A stretch of DNA of 64,000 bases from Desulfuromonadaceae bacterium (GTDB lineage Bacteria > Desulfobacterota > Desulfuromonadia > Desulfuromonadales > JAHYIW01), in assembly GCA_019429445.1 (NCBI GenBank), contig JAHYIW010000002.1:37964-101963 (forward strand). The letters are read 5' to 3'. Each line of letters begins with the position of its first letter. Position 1 is the stretch's first letter. The position numbers and the translations under genes were made by a program. Positions 26,282 through 37,809 of this stretch are shown one piece after another. A model generated the notes under the pieces. That model ran no database searches. It saw only the letters and a list, made by a program, of their open reading frames with translations, and was not told the origin of the DNA.

Positions 26282-27082
26282 ATTAAACAACGACTGATAA
26301 CCGCTGGTATCGGCCTGCCGCTGCTGGTCCTCTTTATTGTCTATGCAAATTATTTTTTCTTCAGCCTGCTGATTGGTGGTGTCATCTGTCTGGCCCTCCA
26401 TGAATTCTTCGCCATGACCCTGCCCGGAGAACGCCGCGCTGAAAAATTCGCTGCCTGCCTCTTTGCACTCGGTTTGCTGAGTGCGATGATTCAGCAGTCA
26501 CCTCTCCTGCTGGTCGGGCTATTGACCTTGATGACGCTTGGTTTCGCCTGCTGGTTTTTGCTGCGTTTCAATAATCTGGGAAAAGTTACCGGACAACTGG
26601 CGATCCTCTTTTTCGGCATTCTTTATATTACACTTTTACTTGGACACGTACCGCTGCTGCGCGGGGTGCCGGATGGGCGTGAGTGGATTTTTCTGGTTCT
26701 TTTTATTATCATGTTTTGTGACACCTGCGCCTATTTTGTAGGCAGCGCCATTGGCTGCCGACGTCTTTATCCATCAATCAGCCCGAAAAAAAGTATTGAA
26801 GGCGCCTGTGGTGGCCTGCTCGGTAGTATCCTCGGTGCAGTGTTGGTCAAATTCTGGTTCTTCGGCCATCTGCGGCTGGTTGATGCCGTTATTCTTGGCA
26901 TTCTGCTTGGCATTGTCGGTCAACTTGGCGATCTTTTTGAGTCGATGTTGAAACGCGGGGCTAACGTGAAAGATTCAGGGACGTTGATCCCTGGGCACGG
27001 TGGCGTACTTGATCGTCTGGACAGTTTACTCTTTGCATTTCCTGTTGCCTATTATTATGCGCTGTGGGCGGGGTACGGATAA
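26282..27082 (+). CDS. cdsA: phosphatidate cytidylyltransferase, probable non-canonical ATT start
   Basis: C-terminal signature SxxKRxxxxKDxGxxxPGHGGxxDRxDS is present. The conserved N-terminal helix (I)KQRLITAGIGLPLLVLFIV is in frame upstream of the first ATG (26414). It has no ATG/GTG/TTG, but an ATT at 26282 lies 5 nt after GGAGGA. Confidence 0.75.
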   Translation: MKQRLITAGIGLPLLVLFIVYANYFFFSLLIGGVICLALHEFFAMTLPGERRAEKFAACLFALGLLSAMIQQSPLLLVGLLTLMTLGFACWFLLRFNNLGKVTGQLAILFFGILYITLLLGHVPLLRGVPDGREWIFLVLFIIMFCDTCAYFVGSAIGCRRLYPSISPKKSIEGACGGLLGSILGAVLVKFWFFGHLRLVDAVILGILLGIVGQLGDLFESMLKRGANVKDSGTLIPGHGGVLDRLDSLLFAFPVAYYYALWAGYG

Positions 27083-27097
27083 CGTGTTGCACTACCC

Positions 27098-28270
27098 ATG
27101 AAGAAACTAGCAATCCTCGGGTCCACCGGATCAATCGGCGTCAGTACCCTCGAAGTTGTCGCGGCTTATCCCGCCAGATTTTCTGTTATAACGCTCACCG
27201 GCGGGGCGAATCTGACGTTGCTGATCGAGCAGATTCGGCGCTTTTCGCCGCAGATGGTCGCGGTGTGTGAGGAAGTCGATGCGCGCCGGTTACGTGACAC
27301 CCTCGGGGAAAATGCCCCGAAAATTCTTTTCGGCGTCGAAGGCCTTTCCGCCTGTGCCTCCCATCCAGATGTAGAAATGGTCGTATCGGCGATTGTCGGT
27401 GCGGCCGGTTTACGCCCGACTATGGCAGCGATTGTCGCCGGGAAAGATATTGCCCTGGCTAACAAGGAAACGCTGGTGACAGCCGGTTCGCTATTCATGG
27501 AGGCGATCACCGCTGCCGGCGTCGATCTTTTCCCGGTCGACAGCGAGCATTCCGCCATATTTCAATCGTTGCGCGGGCATCGCCAGCAGGATGTTCGACG
27601 CTTGATTCTGACGGCTTCCGGCGGTCCGTTTCTGCACCGTTCCAGTGACGATTTTCACTCGGTGCGACCGCTTGATGCACTGGCTCACCCGAACTGGACC
27701 ATGGGGCGGAAAATTTCGATTGATTCTGCGACGATGATGAACAAAGGGCTGGAGGTGATCGAGGCGCACTGGTTGTTTGCTCTGCCTGCCGAGCGCATTG
27801 CCGTTCATGTTCATCCGCAGAGTGTTGTTCATTCAATGGTTGAATATGTGGATGGCTCGGTGATTGCGCAACTCGGCATTCCTGACATGAAAACACCGAT
27901 CGCCTATGCTCTTTCCTGGCCGGAACGACTGGCTCTTGATTTACCTCCACTTGACTTATGCCAGTATGGGGCGTTGACATTTCATGCCCCGGACGTTGAA
28001 AAGTTTCCGTGTCTGCCCCTTGCTTACACGGCACTGGCGATTGGCGGTACCGCGCCGGCAGTGATGAATGCTGCCAACGAGGTTGCAGTTGAAGCATTCC
28101 TTGCAGAACGAATTTCCTTCTCTGATATTGCGCAGATTATCGCTGTGGTGCTGAATGGTCATGTTGCCCAGCCACTCGATACACTTGAAACTGTCTTTGC
28201 GGCTGACAAGATGGGGCGTAAGGCTGCGTATGACCTGATCGATCAACGTGCTGCGGAGGCTTTATGCTGA
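27098..28270 (+). CDS. dxr: 1-deoxy-D-xylulose-5-phosphate reductoisomerase
   Basis: [14 protein letters not shown] and NKGLE..EA..LF motifs. Confidence 0.95.
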   Translation: MKKLAILGSTGSIGVSTLEVVAAYPARFSVITLTGGANLTLLIEQIRRFSPQMVAVCEEVDARRLRDTLGENAPKILFGVEGLSACASHPDVEMVVSAIVGAAGLRPTMAAIVAGKDIALANKETLVTAGSLFMEAITAAGVDLFPVDSEHSAIFQSLRGHRQQDVRRLILTASGGPFLHRSSDDFHSVRPLDALAHPNWTMGRKISIDSATMMNKGLEVIEAHWLFALPAERIAVHVHPQSVVHSMVEYVDGSVIAQLGIPDMKTPIAYALSWPERLALDLPPLDLCQYGALTFHAPDVEKFPCLPLAYTALAIGGTAPAVMNAANEVAVEAFLAERISFSDIAQIIAVVLNGHVAQPLDTLETVFAADKMGRKAAYDLIDQRAAEALC

Positions 28271-29592
28271 CTGTTTTTTCGGGGATCATCCTCCTTGGTA
28301 TTCTGGTTTTTATCCACGAACTGGGACATTTTGGGGTCGCCAAGGCCACGGGCGTGCGCGTGCTGAAGTTTTCCCTCGGATTCGGCCCAAAACTGTTTTC
28401 CAAACAGTGGGGGGAGACCGAATATCTGCTTTGTGCAATCCCGCTGGGGGGGTACGTCCAGATGCTCGGCGAGGGGATCGGTGAACAGGGCGAAGTCGTG
28501 GAGCTGACGCCTGAAGAGCGGCAGCACTCCTTTGCAGATAAAACGATCGCCCAGCGCACGGCAATTATTGCGGCCGGCCCGATTATGAATCTGCTGCTCC
28601 CTTTTATTGTCCTGCCGATTGCCTATATGGTCGGGGTGAACCTGCCCGCTTATGTTGAAAATGCACCGCGAGCCGGTTATGTGGTTGACGCGTCGCCAGC
28701 AGCAGCTGCCGGTTTGCAGCGCAATGATTTGATCGTCGCGGTCAATGGCGATGCCGTCTCCAGCTGGGACGGTACGAACAAGACACTCCTCTCCCATGTC
28801 GGTGCGCCACTGGAATTCACAATCCTTCGGAGTGGTGACACCCTGCTGATCACACTGGAACCGGAAAACGGCGGGATTGAAGGGTTGCAATCGATCGGCA
28901 TAATGCCGGATGTTGCGCCTCTGGTCGGCGGATTGGCACCGGGAATGCCGGCGTTGGCCGCCGGTTTTGAAGTGGGTGATCAGATCGTTGCGATTGAATC
29001 AACCCCGATCAACTCCTGGTATGATCTGCGCGACGTCATTCAGAATTACGGAAAGCGACCACAACAGTTTCACCTCATTCGCGACGGCAGGGAACTTTCA
29101 GTCGAGGTTCTGCCGATCCAGCGTGATGGCAAAGATGATCTGCTGATCGGTATTGCACCACACCAGGAAACCCTTTTTAAACGCTTCGGTTTTATTGACG
29201 CGGTGCGTGCTGGCGCTGACCGAACTGTTGAGCTGATCGAATTGACGCTGACGTTCATGCAAAAGATGTTCGCCGGACAAATCTCATCGAAAAATATCGG
29301 TGGCCCGATCACGGTTATTCAGATTGCAGGTCAGGCAGCGCAGACCGACCTGTCGAGTATTTGCACGGTGCTGGCTTTTCTCAGTATCCAGTTGGGGATT
29401 TTGAATCTGTTGCCGATCCCGATTCTTGATGGTGGGCATCTCTTTTTTAATTTTTTCGAAATGTTGATGCGCCGACCGGTGCCGTTGCGGACGCGCGAGA
29501 TTGCCCAGCAGGTCGGGTTAATTATGTTGTTGATGTTGATGGTTCTGGCATTTTATAACGATATCGTTCGTATTTTTGTCGGGGGCGCGTAA
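28264..29592 (+). CDS. rseP: RIP metalloprotease RseP (M50 with PDZ)
   Basis: HELGHF in TM1, PDZ-like central region, and C-terminal [11 protein letters not shown]. Confidence 0.9.
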   Translation: MLTVFSGIILLGILVFIHELGHFGVAKATGVRVLKFSLGFGPKLFSKQWGETEYLLCAIPLGGYVQMLGEGIGEQGEVVELTPEERQHSFADKTIAQRTAIIAAGPIMNLLLPFIVLPIAYMVGVNLPAYVENAPRAGYVVDASPAAAAGLQRNDLIVAVNGDAVSSWDGTNKTLLSHVGAPLEFTILRSGDTLLITLEPENGGIEGLQSIGIMPDVAPLVGGLAPGMPALAAGFEVGDQIVAIESTPINSWYDLRDVIQNYGKRPQQFHLIRDGRELSVEVLPIQRDGKDDLLIGIAPHQETLFKRFGFIDAVRAGADRTVELIELTLTFMQKMFAGQISSKNIGGPITVIQIAGQAAQTDLSSICTVLAFLSIQLGILNLLPIPILDGGHLFFNFFEMLMRRPVPLRTREIAQQVGLIMLLMLMVLAFYNDIVRIFVGGA

Positions 29593-30309
29593 ATGGTCAA
29601 GTCTCCACGGTTGCTGGCTGTTTGCACCGCAACCCGCTGTACCAGTATTGCGGTCATTGAAGACGGTCGTGTGTTTGGCGAGATGGTGATGCGCTCCCCC
29701 CGTACCCACACAGATCTGCTGCTGCCGAATGTTCGCCAGATGCTCGCCGGGCTGGAACAGGATATCCCTGATTTTGACGCCTTTGTTGCGGTCGTTGGAC
29801 CAGGGGCATTTACCGGCTTGCGCGTCGGTGTCGCAACGGTGAAGGGATTGGCCACGGCGGCCAATCGACCGACCATCGCTATTTCATCATTGCTGACCCT
29901 GGCTGCCCAGTTTCCGGCCAGTCACTTGCCGATTTGCGCACTTCTCGATGCACGTAAAAGTGAAGTCTATGTCGGTCGTTATTGCCGACAACTGGATGAA
30001 CCGGTCTTGTCCCACCCTGAACGCGTGATGACACCGGAACAGTTGCTGGACGAAATTGACGAGGAAACCCTTTTTGTCGGCGATGGTGCCACTGTTTATC
30101 GACCGTTGATTGAGGCCCGGCTCGGTCGACGTGCTCATTTTGCGCCGGTTTCTCTGGCTGAACCACGTGCGGCTCTTGCTGCGGCTCTTGCCGATCGTGA
30201 ATACCGGGCGAAACGCACGCTCTCATCCGGGCAATTAACTCCGGTTTATATTCGTCGTTCCGAGGCTGAAATTATGTGGGAAAAAAGCGGTCGAACACTG
30301 CCCCAATGA
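29593..30309 (+). CDS. tsaB: tRNA t6A biosynthesis protein TsaB
   Basis: YeaZ-type GPGAFTGLRVGVATVKGLA motif. Confidence 0.85.
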   Translation: MVKSPRLLAVCTATRCTSIAVIEDGRVFGEMVMRSPRTHTDLLLPNVRQMLAGLEQDIPDFDAFVAVVGPGAFTGLRVGVATVKGLATAANRPTIAISSLLTLAAQFPASHLPICALLDARKSEVYVGRYCRQLDEPVLSHPERVMTPEQLLDEIDEETLFVGDGATVYRPLIEARLGRRAHFAPVSLAEPRAALAAALADREYRAKRTLSSGQLTPVYIRRSEAEIMWEKSGRTLPQ

Positions 30310-30398
30310 CATGATAGACTGTTGACAAGGTTGGCCCCATTGGTTATTTTAAAATGGCAGTTCGGTGTATTCATTAACCCTATCCCGGGAGGTCCTTG

Positions 30399-30623
30399 AT
30401 GGAGGAAGCAGATTTGACCGTCGTTGAAGAGTTGTGCAATAATAACCCACGCTTCCGTATGTTGTATGAAGAACACCTGATCCTGGAAAAAGAATTGACC
30501 GATTTTGAAGAGAAGGTTTATCTGACGCCCGATGAAGAAATTGCGCGGAAGAAGGTACAAAAGCTGAAGTTGGTAGGAAAAGATGAAATGCAGAAGATTC
30601 TGCATAACTTTCGTGAGGTCTAG
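30399..30623 (+). CDS. DUF465 (YdcH-like) protein
   Basis: The pattern F..L..EH..LE.EL......YLTPDEE...KKLKL..KDE is typical of DUF465. ATG at 30399 follows GGAGG. Confidence 0.7.
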   Translation: MEEADLTVVEELCNNNPRFRMLYEEHLILEKELTDFEEKVYLTPDEEIARKKVQKLKLVGKDEMQKILHNFREV

Positions 30624-30647
30624 TCCTCTTCACCCGAGAGAATCTGA

Positions 30648-30675
30648 GGGGTTCGGGCCTCCGGACCCCTTTTTA
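30648..30675 (+). terminator. intrinsic terminator after the DUF465 gene
   Basis: ggggttcgg-gcct-ccggacccc followed by ttttt. Confidence 0.6.
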
Positions 30676-30772
30676 TCTGTGCGGCGCCGGGATTTTATCG
30701 CGGCGCCGTTTTATACATCCGGCAGCGACAGGGGCACTTGTCGATTGATCATCAGAAGGAACGAATTAAACC

Positions 30773-32452
30773 ATGAAAAAACGCAGTTCTGCCATCACTG
30801 AGGGTTTTGAACGAACACCGCACCGTGCCCTGCTGATGGGAACCGGAGTTCCGCGGAGTCAGATGAAACAGCCCTTTATCGGCATCGCCAGCTCTTTTAC
30901 CGACCTGATCCCCGGTCACATCGGCATGCGTGATTTGGAACGGCAGATTGAAAAAGGCGTTCACACCGGTGGCGGGCACGCATTTATGTTTGGTATCCCC
31001 GGCGTGTGTGACGGAATCGCCATGGGACATCGTGGCATGCACTATTCATTGCCGACCCGTGAACTGATCGCCGACATGATTGAGTCGGTTGCCGAAGCCC
31101 ACCGTCTTGACGGTCTGGTGTTGTTGACCAACTGTGACAAGATTACCCCAGGGATGTTGATGGCGGCAGCACGTTTGGATATTCCTGCAATTGTTGTCAC
31201 CGCCGGACCGATGCTCGCCGGGCGCGGTGCTCAAGGGCGGCAATATTCGTTTGTGACCGATACTTTCGAGGCGATGGGGCAGTATAAAGCGGGGAATATG
31301 ACCGAGGCGCAGCTGTGCACCTGTGAAGAAAATGCCTGCCCCTCTGCCGGATCGTGTCAGGGACTTTTTACCGCCAACACGATGGCGATCCTGACTGAAA
31401 CCCTCGGTATGAGCCTGATCGGATGTGGTACCGCACTGGCGGTTTCCTCGTTGAAGCGGCGCATTGCTTTCACGTCCGGTGAACGGATTGTTGCCCTGGT
31501 AAATGACAATATCACGCCACGTTCCATCCTCACCCGCGCCGCCTTTGAAAACGCCGTGCGGGTCGATCTGGCCCTCGGTGGTTCGAGCAACACCGTCTTG
31601 CATCTGCTGTCGATTGCGCGTGAAGCCGGAGTCGAACTGCCGCTGGAAATTTTCGACGCACTCAGTCGCACCACGCCGCAGCTGGCCTCAATGAATCCTG
31701 GTGGTATCCATTTCATGGAAGATCTGGATGCGGCGGGGGGGGTTCCTGGCGTGCTCCACGAGCTGGGCGACAAGATTCTCGATAATCCAACCCTGACCGG
31801 TCTGTCTGTCAGAGAGATTGCTGCGGCGATCAAGCATGTTGATCACGCCGTGATCCATCCACGCAGTAACCCGGTGCGGGCTGAAGGGGGGATTGCCATT
31901 CTGCACGGCAATATTGCGCCGGACGGGGCGGTTGTCAAACAGTCCGGGGTGTCGGAGAAGATGATGACCTTCGAAGGCACGGCACGCTGCTTCGATGCGG
32001 AGGAGGCCGCGATGGCCGCGTTGATGGACGGAACCGTCGTGGCGGGCGATGTGGTCGTGATTCGCTACGAAGGACCGAAAGGCGGGCCGGGGATGCGTGA
32101 AATGCTCGCTCCGACCGCGACGTTGATGGGGCTGGGGCTGGGGGACAGTGTGGCATTGATTACCGATGGTCGTTTTTCCGGCGGTACCCGCGGGCCCTGC
32201 ATCGGTCACATTTCGCCGGAAGCCGCCGTCGGTGGCCCGATCGCCCTGATTGCCGACGGTGACCGGATTAAACTCGATATTCCGCAGCGTTCGCTTGAAT
32301 TGCTGGTTGATGCAACGGTTCTGGCAGAACGTCGTGCCGTCTGGCAGGCTCCGGAACCGAAGATCAGAACCGGCTGGCTGGCACGTTATGCCCAGGTTGT
32401 CACCTCGGCCAATACGGGCGCAATTTGTCAAGCGACAGCTCCACTGAAATAA
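30773..32452 (+). CDS. ilvD: dihydroxy-acid dehydratase
   Basis: Motifs across the full length: [20 protein letters not shown] and others. Confidence 0.95.
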   Translation: MKKRSSAITEGFERTPHRALLMGTGVPRSQMKQPFIGIASSFTDLIPGHIGMRDLERQIEKGVHTGGGHAFMFGIPGVCDGIAMGHRGMHYSLPTRELIADMIESVAEAHRLDGLVLLTNCDKITPGMLMAAARLDIPAIVVTAGPMLAGRGAQGRQYSFVTDTFEAMGQYKAGNMTEAQLCTCEENACPSAGSCQGLFTANTMAILTETLGMSLIGCGTALAVSSLKRRIAFTSGERIVALVNDNITPRSILTRAAFENAVRVDLALGGSSNTVLHLLSIAREAGVELPLEIFDALSRTTPQLASMNPGGIHFMEDLDAAGGVPGVLHELGDKILDNPTLTGLSVREIAAAIKHVDHAVIHPRSNPVRAEGGIAILHGNIAPDGAVVKQSGVSEKMMTFEGTARCFDAEEAAMAALMDGTVVAGDVVVIRYEGPKGGPGMREMLAPTATLMGLGLGDSVALITDGRFSGGTRGPCIGHISPEAAVGGPIALIADGDRIKLDIPQRSLELLVDATVLAERRAVWQAPEPKIRTGWLARYAQVVTSANTGAICQATAPLK

Positions 32453-32501
32453 CGCGCAACCACTTGCCAGGGAACGAAAAGTTTCAACTGAGGAGGAATT
32501 G

Positions 32502-34199
32502 GTGAAAAAGACCGGATCACAGATTTTACTTGAATGTCTGCGCCTCGAAGGCGTTGATACCGTTTTCGGCTACCCAGGGGGGACGGTCATCAATATCTAT
32601 GATGACTTGATGGATTCGCCGATCAAACATATTCTCAATCGCCATGAACAGGCTGCGGTTCATGCCGCTGACGGTTATGCGCGGGCCACCGGCAAGGTCG
32701 GTGTTGCCATCGCTACGAGTGGTCCCGGTGCAACCAATACGGTCACCGGTATTGCTACTGCCTACATGGATTCGATTCCGATGGTCATTATTACCGGACA
32801 GGTCCCGACGCCGCTGATCGGTAACGACGCATTTCAGGAAGCCGACATGATCGGTATTACGCGCCCGATCACCAAACACAATTATCTGGTCAGGGATATC
32901 AAGGATCTGGCCCGAATCATCAAACAGGCCTTTTATATCGCCCGCACCGGTCGTCCCGGCCCGGTCCTCGTTGACCTGCCGAAAGACATCCAGATGGCCA
33001 CACATAAATTTGAGTACCCGGACAAAGTTGAACTGCGCGGCTATAAACCGAATTACAGCGGCAACTCGCGGCAGATAGAAAAATCGATCAAGATGATTCT
33101 GGCGGCCCGTAAACCGGTTATCTATGTTGGTGGCGGAGCAGCGCTGTCGAATTCCAATCTGGAACTGAAACAATTTACTGAAATGATTCAGGCGCCGCTG
33201 ACCATGACCCTGATGGGGCTGTCATCATTTCCGAACACGCATCCGCTGTCACTCGGGATGCTCGGCATGCACGGCACCTATCACGCCAATATGGCAGTGA
33301 CCGATGCTGATCTGCTGATCGCTATCGGGGCCCGTTTTGATGATCGCGTCACCGGAAAGATTGCGACCTTTGCACCCCATGCCAAGATTATCCATATTGA
33401 CATCGATCCGACTTCGATCAAAAAGAATGTGCGCGTCGATTTGCCGATCGTTGGCGATCTCAAGGATGTCCTGAAAAAAATGCTCAAACAACTCGCCGAA
33501 TACGACGCGCAAGTGGCAACCCTGCGGGACGAACTTGCGCCGTGGCGCGCGAAGATTGAGGTGTGGAAGAAAGAGCAGCCGCTCGGATACAAGAGTTCGA
33601 ATAAGGAGATCAAACCGCAGTTTGTCATTGAGAAACTGTGTGAATTGTCCGACGAAGACGCGATTATTACGACGGAAGTCGGTCAACATCAGATGTGGAC
33701 TGCCCAGTTCTATGATTTTATTCAGCCGCGGACCTTTCTGACTTCAGGCGGGCTCGGCACGATGGGCTACGGTCTGCCCGCCGCGCTCGGTGCCCAGGCG
33801 GCATTCCCCACGCGGCAGGTCATTGATATCTCTGGTGACGGCTCGTTCCAGATGAACTCTCAGGAGTTGGCGACCTTGGTGCAATATCGCCTGCCGGTCA
33901 AGATTGCCATTCTGAACAACAATTTTCTCGGCATGGTCCGGCAGTGGCAGCAACTGTTCTTCAATCGCCGCTACAGCCAGACGTGTATGGAACTGCCGAT
34001 TGATTTCAAGAAGCTGGCAGAAGCTTACGGGGCGACCGGCTTACAAGCCACTACCCCGGATGAAGTCGAGGCAGTGATCAAACAGGCCTTTGCCACGCCG
34101 GGGCCAGTCATCATGGAATTCAAGGTTTGCCGTGAAGAAAATGTGTTGCCGATGGTTCCGGCTGGTGCGGGTATCAATGAAATGGTGCTGGCGTCCTGA
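32502..34199 (+). CDS. ilvB: acetolactate synthase large subunit
   Basis: ThDP-enzyme motifs (GYPGG, GPGATN, GLGTMG...GDGSFQMN). GTG at 32502 lies 5 nt after GGAGGA. The track uses the TTG at 32499. Confidence 0.93.
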   Translation: MKKTGSQILLECLRLEGVDTVFGYPGGTVINIYDDLMDSPIKHILNRHEQAAVHAADGYARATGKVGVAIATSGPGATNTVTGIATAYMDSIPMVIITGQVPTPLIGNDAFQEADMIGITRPITKHNYLVRDIKDLARIIKQAFYIARTGRPGPVLVDLPKDIQMATHKFEYPDKVELRGYKPNYSGNSRQIEKSIKMILAARKPVIYVGGGAALSNSNLELKQFTEMIQAPLTMTLMGLSSFPNTHPLSLGMLGMHGTYHANMAVTDADLLIAIGARFDDRVTGKIATFAPHAKIIHIDIDPTSIKKNVRVDLPIVGDLKDVLKKMLKQLAEYDAQVATLRDELAPWRAKIEVWKKEQPLGYKSSNKEIKPQFVIEKLCELSDEDAIITTEVGQHQMWTAQFYDFIQPRTFLTSGGLGTMGYGLPAALGAQAAFPTRQVIDISGDGSFQMNSQELATLVQYRLPVKIAILNNNFLGMVRQWQQLFFNRRYSQTCMELPIDFKKLAEAYGATGLQATTPDEVEAVIKQAFATPGPVIMEFKVCREENVLPMVPAGAGINEMVLAS

Positions 34200-34227
34200 T
34201 GACAGCCAGGTGCTGAGGAGTGATTGA

Positions 34228-34725
34228 ATGATGAAACATACCATTTCGGTTTTGGTGGAAAATGAATTTGGCGTGCTGCCACGAGTTTCTGGGCTTTTTT
34301 CGGGACGCGGCTTTAATATTGAAAGCCTTTCCGTGGCGCCAACGATCGATCCGACTATTTCACGGATGACTATTGTCACCAGCGGCGACGAACGGATTCT
34401 GGAGCAGATCAACAAGCAACTCAACAAGTTGATTGATGTGATCAAGGTGATCGATTTCACCGGTCAGGATTATACCGAACGGGAGATGGGGCTGATCAAG
34501 GTCAATGCCGAGGAATCGACCCGTGCTGAAGTGCTGCGTATCGTAGATATCTTTCGAGCCAAGGTCGTCGATGTGACCCAGAGCTCGTATACGGTAGAAG
34601 TCACCGGAGCACCGGGGAAAATCGATGCCGTTGTTGAATTGCTGCGGCCGATGGGGATCAAGGAGCTGATTCGCTCCGGTCCGGTGGTTTTGGGACGCGG
34701 CGCAAAGGGGTGGAAGACGCAGTAA
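34228..34725 (+). CDS. ilvN: acetolactate synthase small (regulatory) subunit
   Basis: ACT domain HTISVLVENEFGVL.RV.GLFS.RGFNIESL. Confidence 0.9.
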   Translation: MMKHTISVLVENEFGVLPRVSGLFSGRGFNIESLSVAPTIDPTISRMTIVTSGDERILEQINKQLNKLIDVIKVIDFTGQDYTEREMGLIKVNAEESTRAEVLRIVDIFRAKVVDVTQSSYTVEVTGAPGKIDAVVELLRPMGIKELIRSGPVVLGRGAKGWKTQ

Positions 34726-34820
34726 TGACGGTTTTTTCCCGACCCTGATTGCCTGAAAAAGATGGAATAAACAACCTGAATGTGTTACATGAATTGACCA
34801 CACAAAAATGACCCTGCTGA

Positions 34821-35840
<1,020 letters not shown>

Positions 35841-35845
35841 TCGAT

Positions 35846-35876
35846 CTGCCGGGGCGTGTCCCCGGCAGTTTCTTTT
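35846..35876 (+). terminator. intrinsic terminator after ilvC
   Basis: ctgccgggg-cgtgt-ccccggcag followed by tttctttt. Confidence 0.65.
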
Positions 35877-35903
35877 AATCCTGGATAAAGGATGTGATGA
35901 TTC

Positions 35904-36548
35904 ATGCGTAATCAACATCAACCGGTGGCCGTCGAGGGTTTTCCTTTTATCGCGCTGTTTGCCTTCGTTACACTGATTTTTGCGTTGCTTGACTGGGGTT
36001 GTCTGGCGACCATCATGCTCGCGCTGACCCTTTTTACGGTCTATTTTTTTCGTAATCCGGAACGCTTCCCGCCGACTGATGCCAATGCCATCGTCGCGCC
36101 TGCGGATGGCAAGGTGATTTTTGTCGGTGACGTGATGGAAGAGCGCTATTTTGGCGAAGAGGTGAAAAAAATCAGCATCTTCATGAACGTGTTCAATGTC
36201 CATGTCAACCGTGCCCCTTTTTCAGGGAAGGTGCTTGCCCGGTTTTATAATCGTGGAGAATTTTTTAACGCTTCGCTCGACAAGGCCAGTCTCCAGAATG
36301 AACAAGCCGGACTTTTTGTCGAAAGTGACAGAGGCAAGATCCTCTTCGTTCAGATCGCCGGCCTGATCGCACGACGGATTGTCACTTACCCGGTCGTGGG
36401 GGATTTGTTGACCCGTGGTATGCGTTTTGGTCTGATTCGATTTGGTTCGCGGGTTGACATTTATTTACCGAAAGGGACCGAAATCACTGTTCGCATTGGT
36501 GACCGTACCGTTGCGGGGGAATCGGTCATCGGGTATTGGCATGAGTAA
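35904..36548 (+). CDS. psd: phosphatidylserine decarboxylase proenzyme (short form)
   Basis: 214 aa with N-terminal TMs and an FGSR processing-site motif near the C-terminus. Overlaps pssA. Confidence 0.85.
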   Translation: MRNQHQPVAVEGFPFIALFAFVTLIFALLDWGCLATIMLALTLFTVYFFRNPERFPPTDANAIVAPADGKVIFVGDVMEERYFGEEVKKISIFMNVFNVHVNRAPFSGKVLARFYNRGEFFNASLDKASLQNEQAGLFVESDRGKILFVQIAGLIARRIVTYPVVGDLLTRGMRFGLIRFGSRVDIYLPKGTEITVRIGDRTVAGESVIGYWHE

Positions 36549-37347
36549 AGATCGGTTGCAAGGTCGGCACGAAAATCTGCGTAAGGGTGTCTACATCCTG
36601 CCAAACCTCTTTACCACCGGGGGGCTTTTTTCCGGTTTCTACGGGATTGTCGCCACGATGAACGGCGATTATCATATCGCCGCATGGTTTGTGCTGATTG
36701 CTGCAATTTTTGACACCATTGACGGAAAAGTCGCCCGTCTGACCGGGACCACCAGCAATTTTGGCGTCGAGTATGATTCACTTGCCGATCTTGTTGCCTT
36801 CGGTGTTGCTCCTGGTCTTTTGATGTATTCCTGGGCCCTCAAGCCTTTCGGCAAGCTGGGCTGGCTGGCGGCATTTCTCTATGTTGTCTGCGGCGCATTG
36901 CGGCTGGCGCGGTTTAACGTGCAGGTCAATACTGTCGAATCGAAACGATTTGTCGGCCTGCCGATTCCCGCGGCGGCGAGCATGGTCGCCGCGTGTGTCC
37001 TGCTCTTTTACCATCTTGGTGGTTCCGGGCCGCTGCTTAAAAAAGTTTCGGTGCTCCTCCTTATCTATATTCTGGCTGCACTGATGGTGAGCAACTTCAG
37101 CTATTATTCCTTTAAAGACCCCGAACTGTTCAGACGGCAGCCTTTCGGTATTCTGGTCGGTGCGATCATGTTGCTTATCGTTATCGTTGCCGAGCCGCAG
37201 ATCATGTTTTTCAGTATTTTTCTTGCTTATACTTTCTCCGGCCCGGTTGGTTATCTGCTCGGAAAGTTGCGGCGAAAAAACAAGGACCCGGAAAAAGATC
37301 CACCGGTAACAACGGAAGAACTTCCGCCAGACCAAAACAACGTCTGA
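36541..37347 (+). CDS. pssA: CDP-diacylglycerol--serine O-phosphatidyltransferase
   Basis: CDP-alcohol phosphotransferase motif DxxDGxxAR...G...D...D (FDTIDGKVARLT...GVEYDSLADLV). ATG at 36541. Confidence 0.85.
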   Translation: MSKDRLQGRHENLRKGVYILPNLFTTGGLFSGFYGIVATMNGDYHIAAWFVLIAAIFDTIDGKVARLTGTTSNFGVEYDSLADLVAFGVAPGLLMYSWALKPFGKLGWLAAFLYVVCGALRLARFNVQVNTVESKRFVGLPIPAAASMVAACVLLFYHLGGSGPLLKKVSVLLLIYILAALMVSNFSYYSFKDPELFRRQPFGILVGAIMLLIVIVAEPQIMFFSIFLAYTFSGPVGYLLGKLRRKNKDPEKDPPVTTEELPPDQNNV

Positions 37348-37393
37348 TCCGCTGAAAAAACGGACGGTTCACCCTGGTCTTTACAAAAAAAGG

Positions 37394-37422
37394 TTGACGA
37401 TAACGTTTTGCCCGGCTTTAAT
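37394..37422 (+). promoter_or_regulatory. candidate sigma-70 promoter of the leu leader
   Basis: TTGACG, 17-nt spacer, TTTAAT. Confidence 0.5.
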
Positions 37423-37429
37423 GTCTGAA

Positions 37430-37690
37430 CATTGTCACAGGCTGTGATGAGGAAGAGTACGCGGATGGTTTCGTTACAGAGAGTCGGCGGTTGCTGCAAG
37501 CCGGTACGAAATCCCGCCGAACTGGCCTCGGAGCCGCATGCGCGAACCGGTTTAGCGACCGCAGTAGTTCATGCCGTCAGTCCACGTAACGGACCAACGA
37601 AGGATCTCGCAAGAGATTAAAACAGGGTGGTACCGCGAAGCTTCAGCTCTCGCCCCTGCATTTAATGGGTGAGGGCTTTTTTTTGTTGTG
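37430..37690 (+). promoter_or_regulatory. T-box leader (tRNA-sensing riboswitch), probable Leu specifier
   Basis: Canonical T-box sequence AGGGTGGTACCGCG at 37624-37637. Downstream terminator: 10-bp stem 37646-37655/37667-37676 plus a T8 run. Stem-I-like GATGA / AGAGTA / AGAGAG elements. GAA-CTG-G at 37519-37525 is the candidate specifier (CUG = Leu). Confidence 0.8.
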
Positions 37691-37809
37691 AACAGGGGGG
37701 ATGGCGTGGCAAATGACTTGATGGAGCGCCGCCCCTCGCAGAAAAGATATTCAACTGGAATTGTGTCACATTGTTGTTACACAGACCGAACGATCAGGGG
37801 AGAATCATC

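Noticed and set aside
26414-27082. Track start for cdsA at the first ATG (222 aa)
   Set aside because: It would remove the conserved first TM helix that is encoded in frame upstream behind a perfect RBS. I prefer ATT at 26282. This still needs experimental or comparative confirmation.
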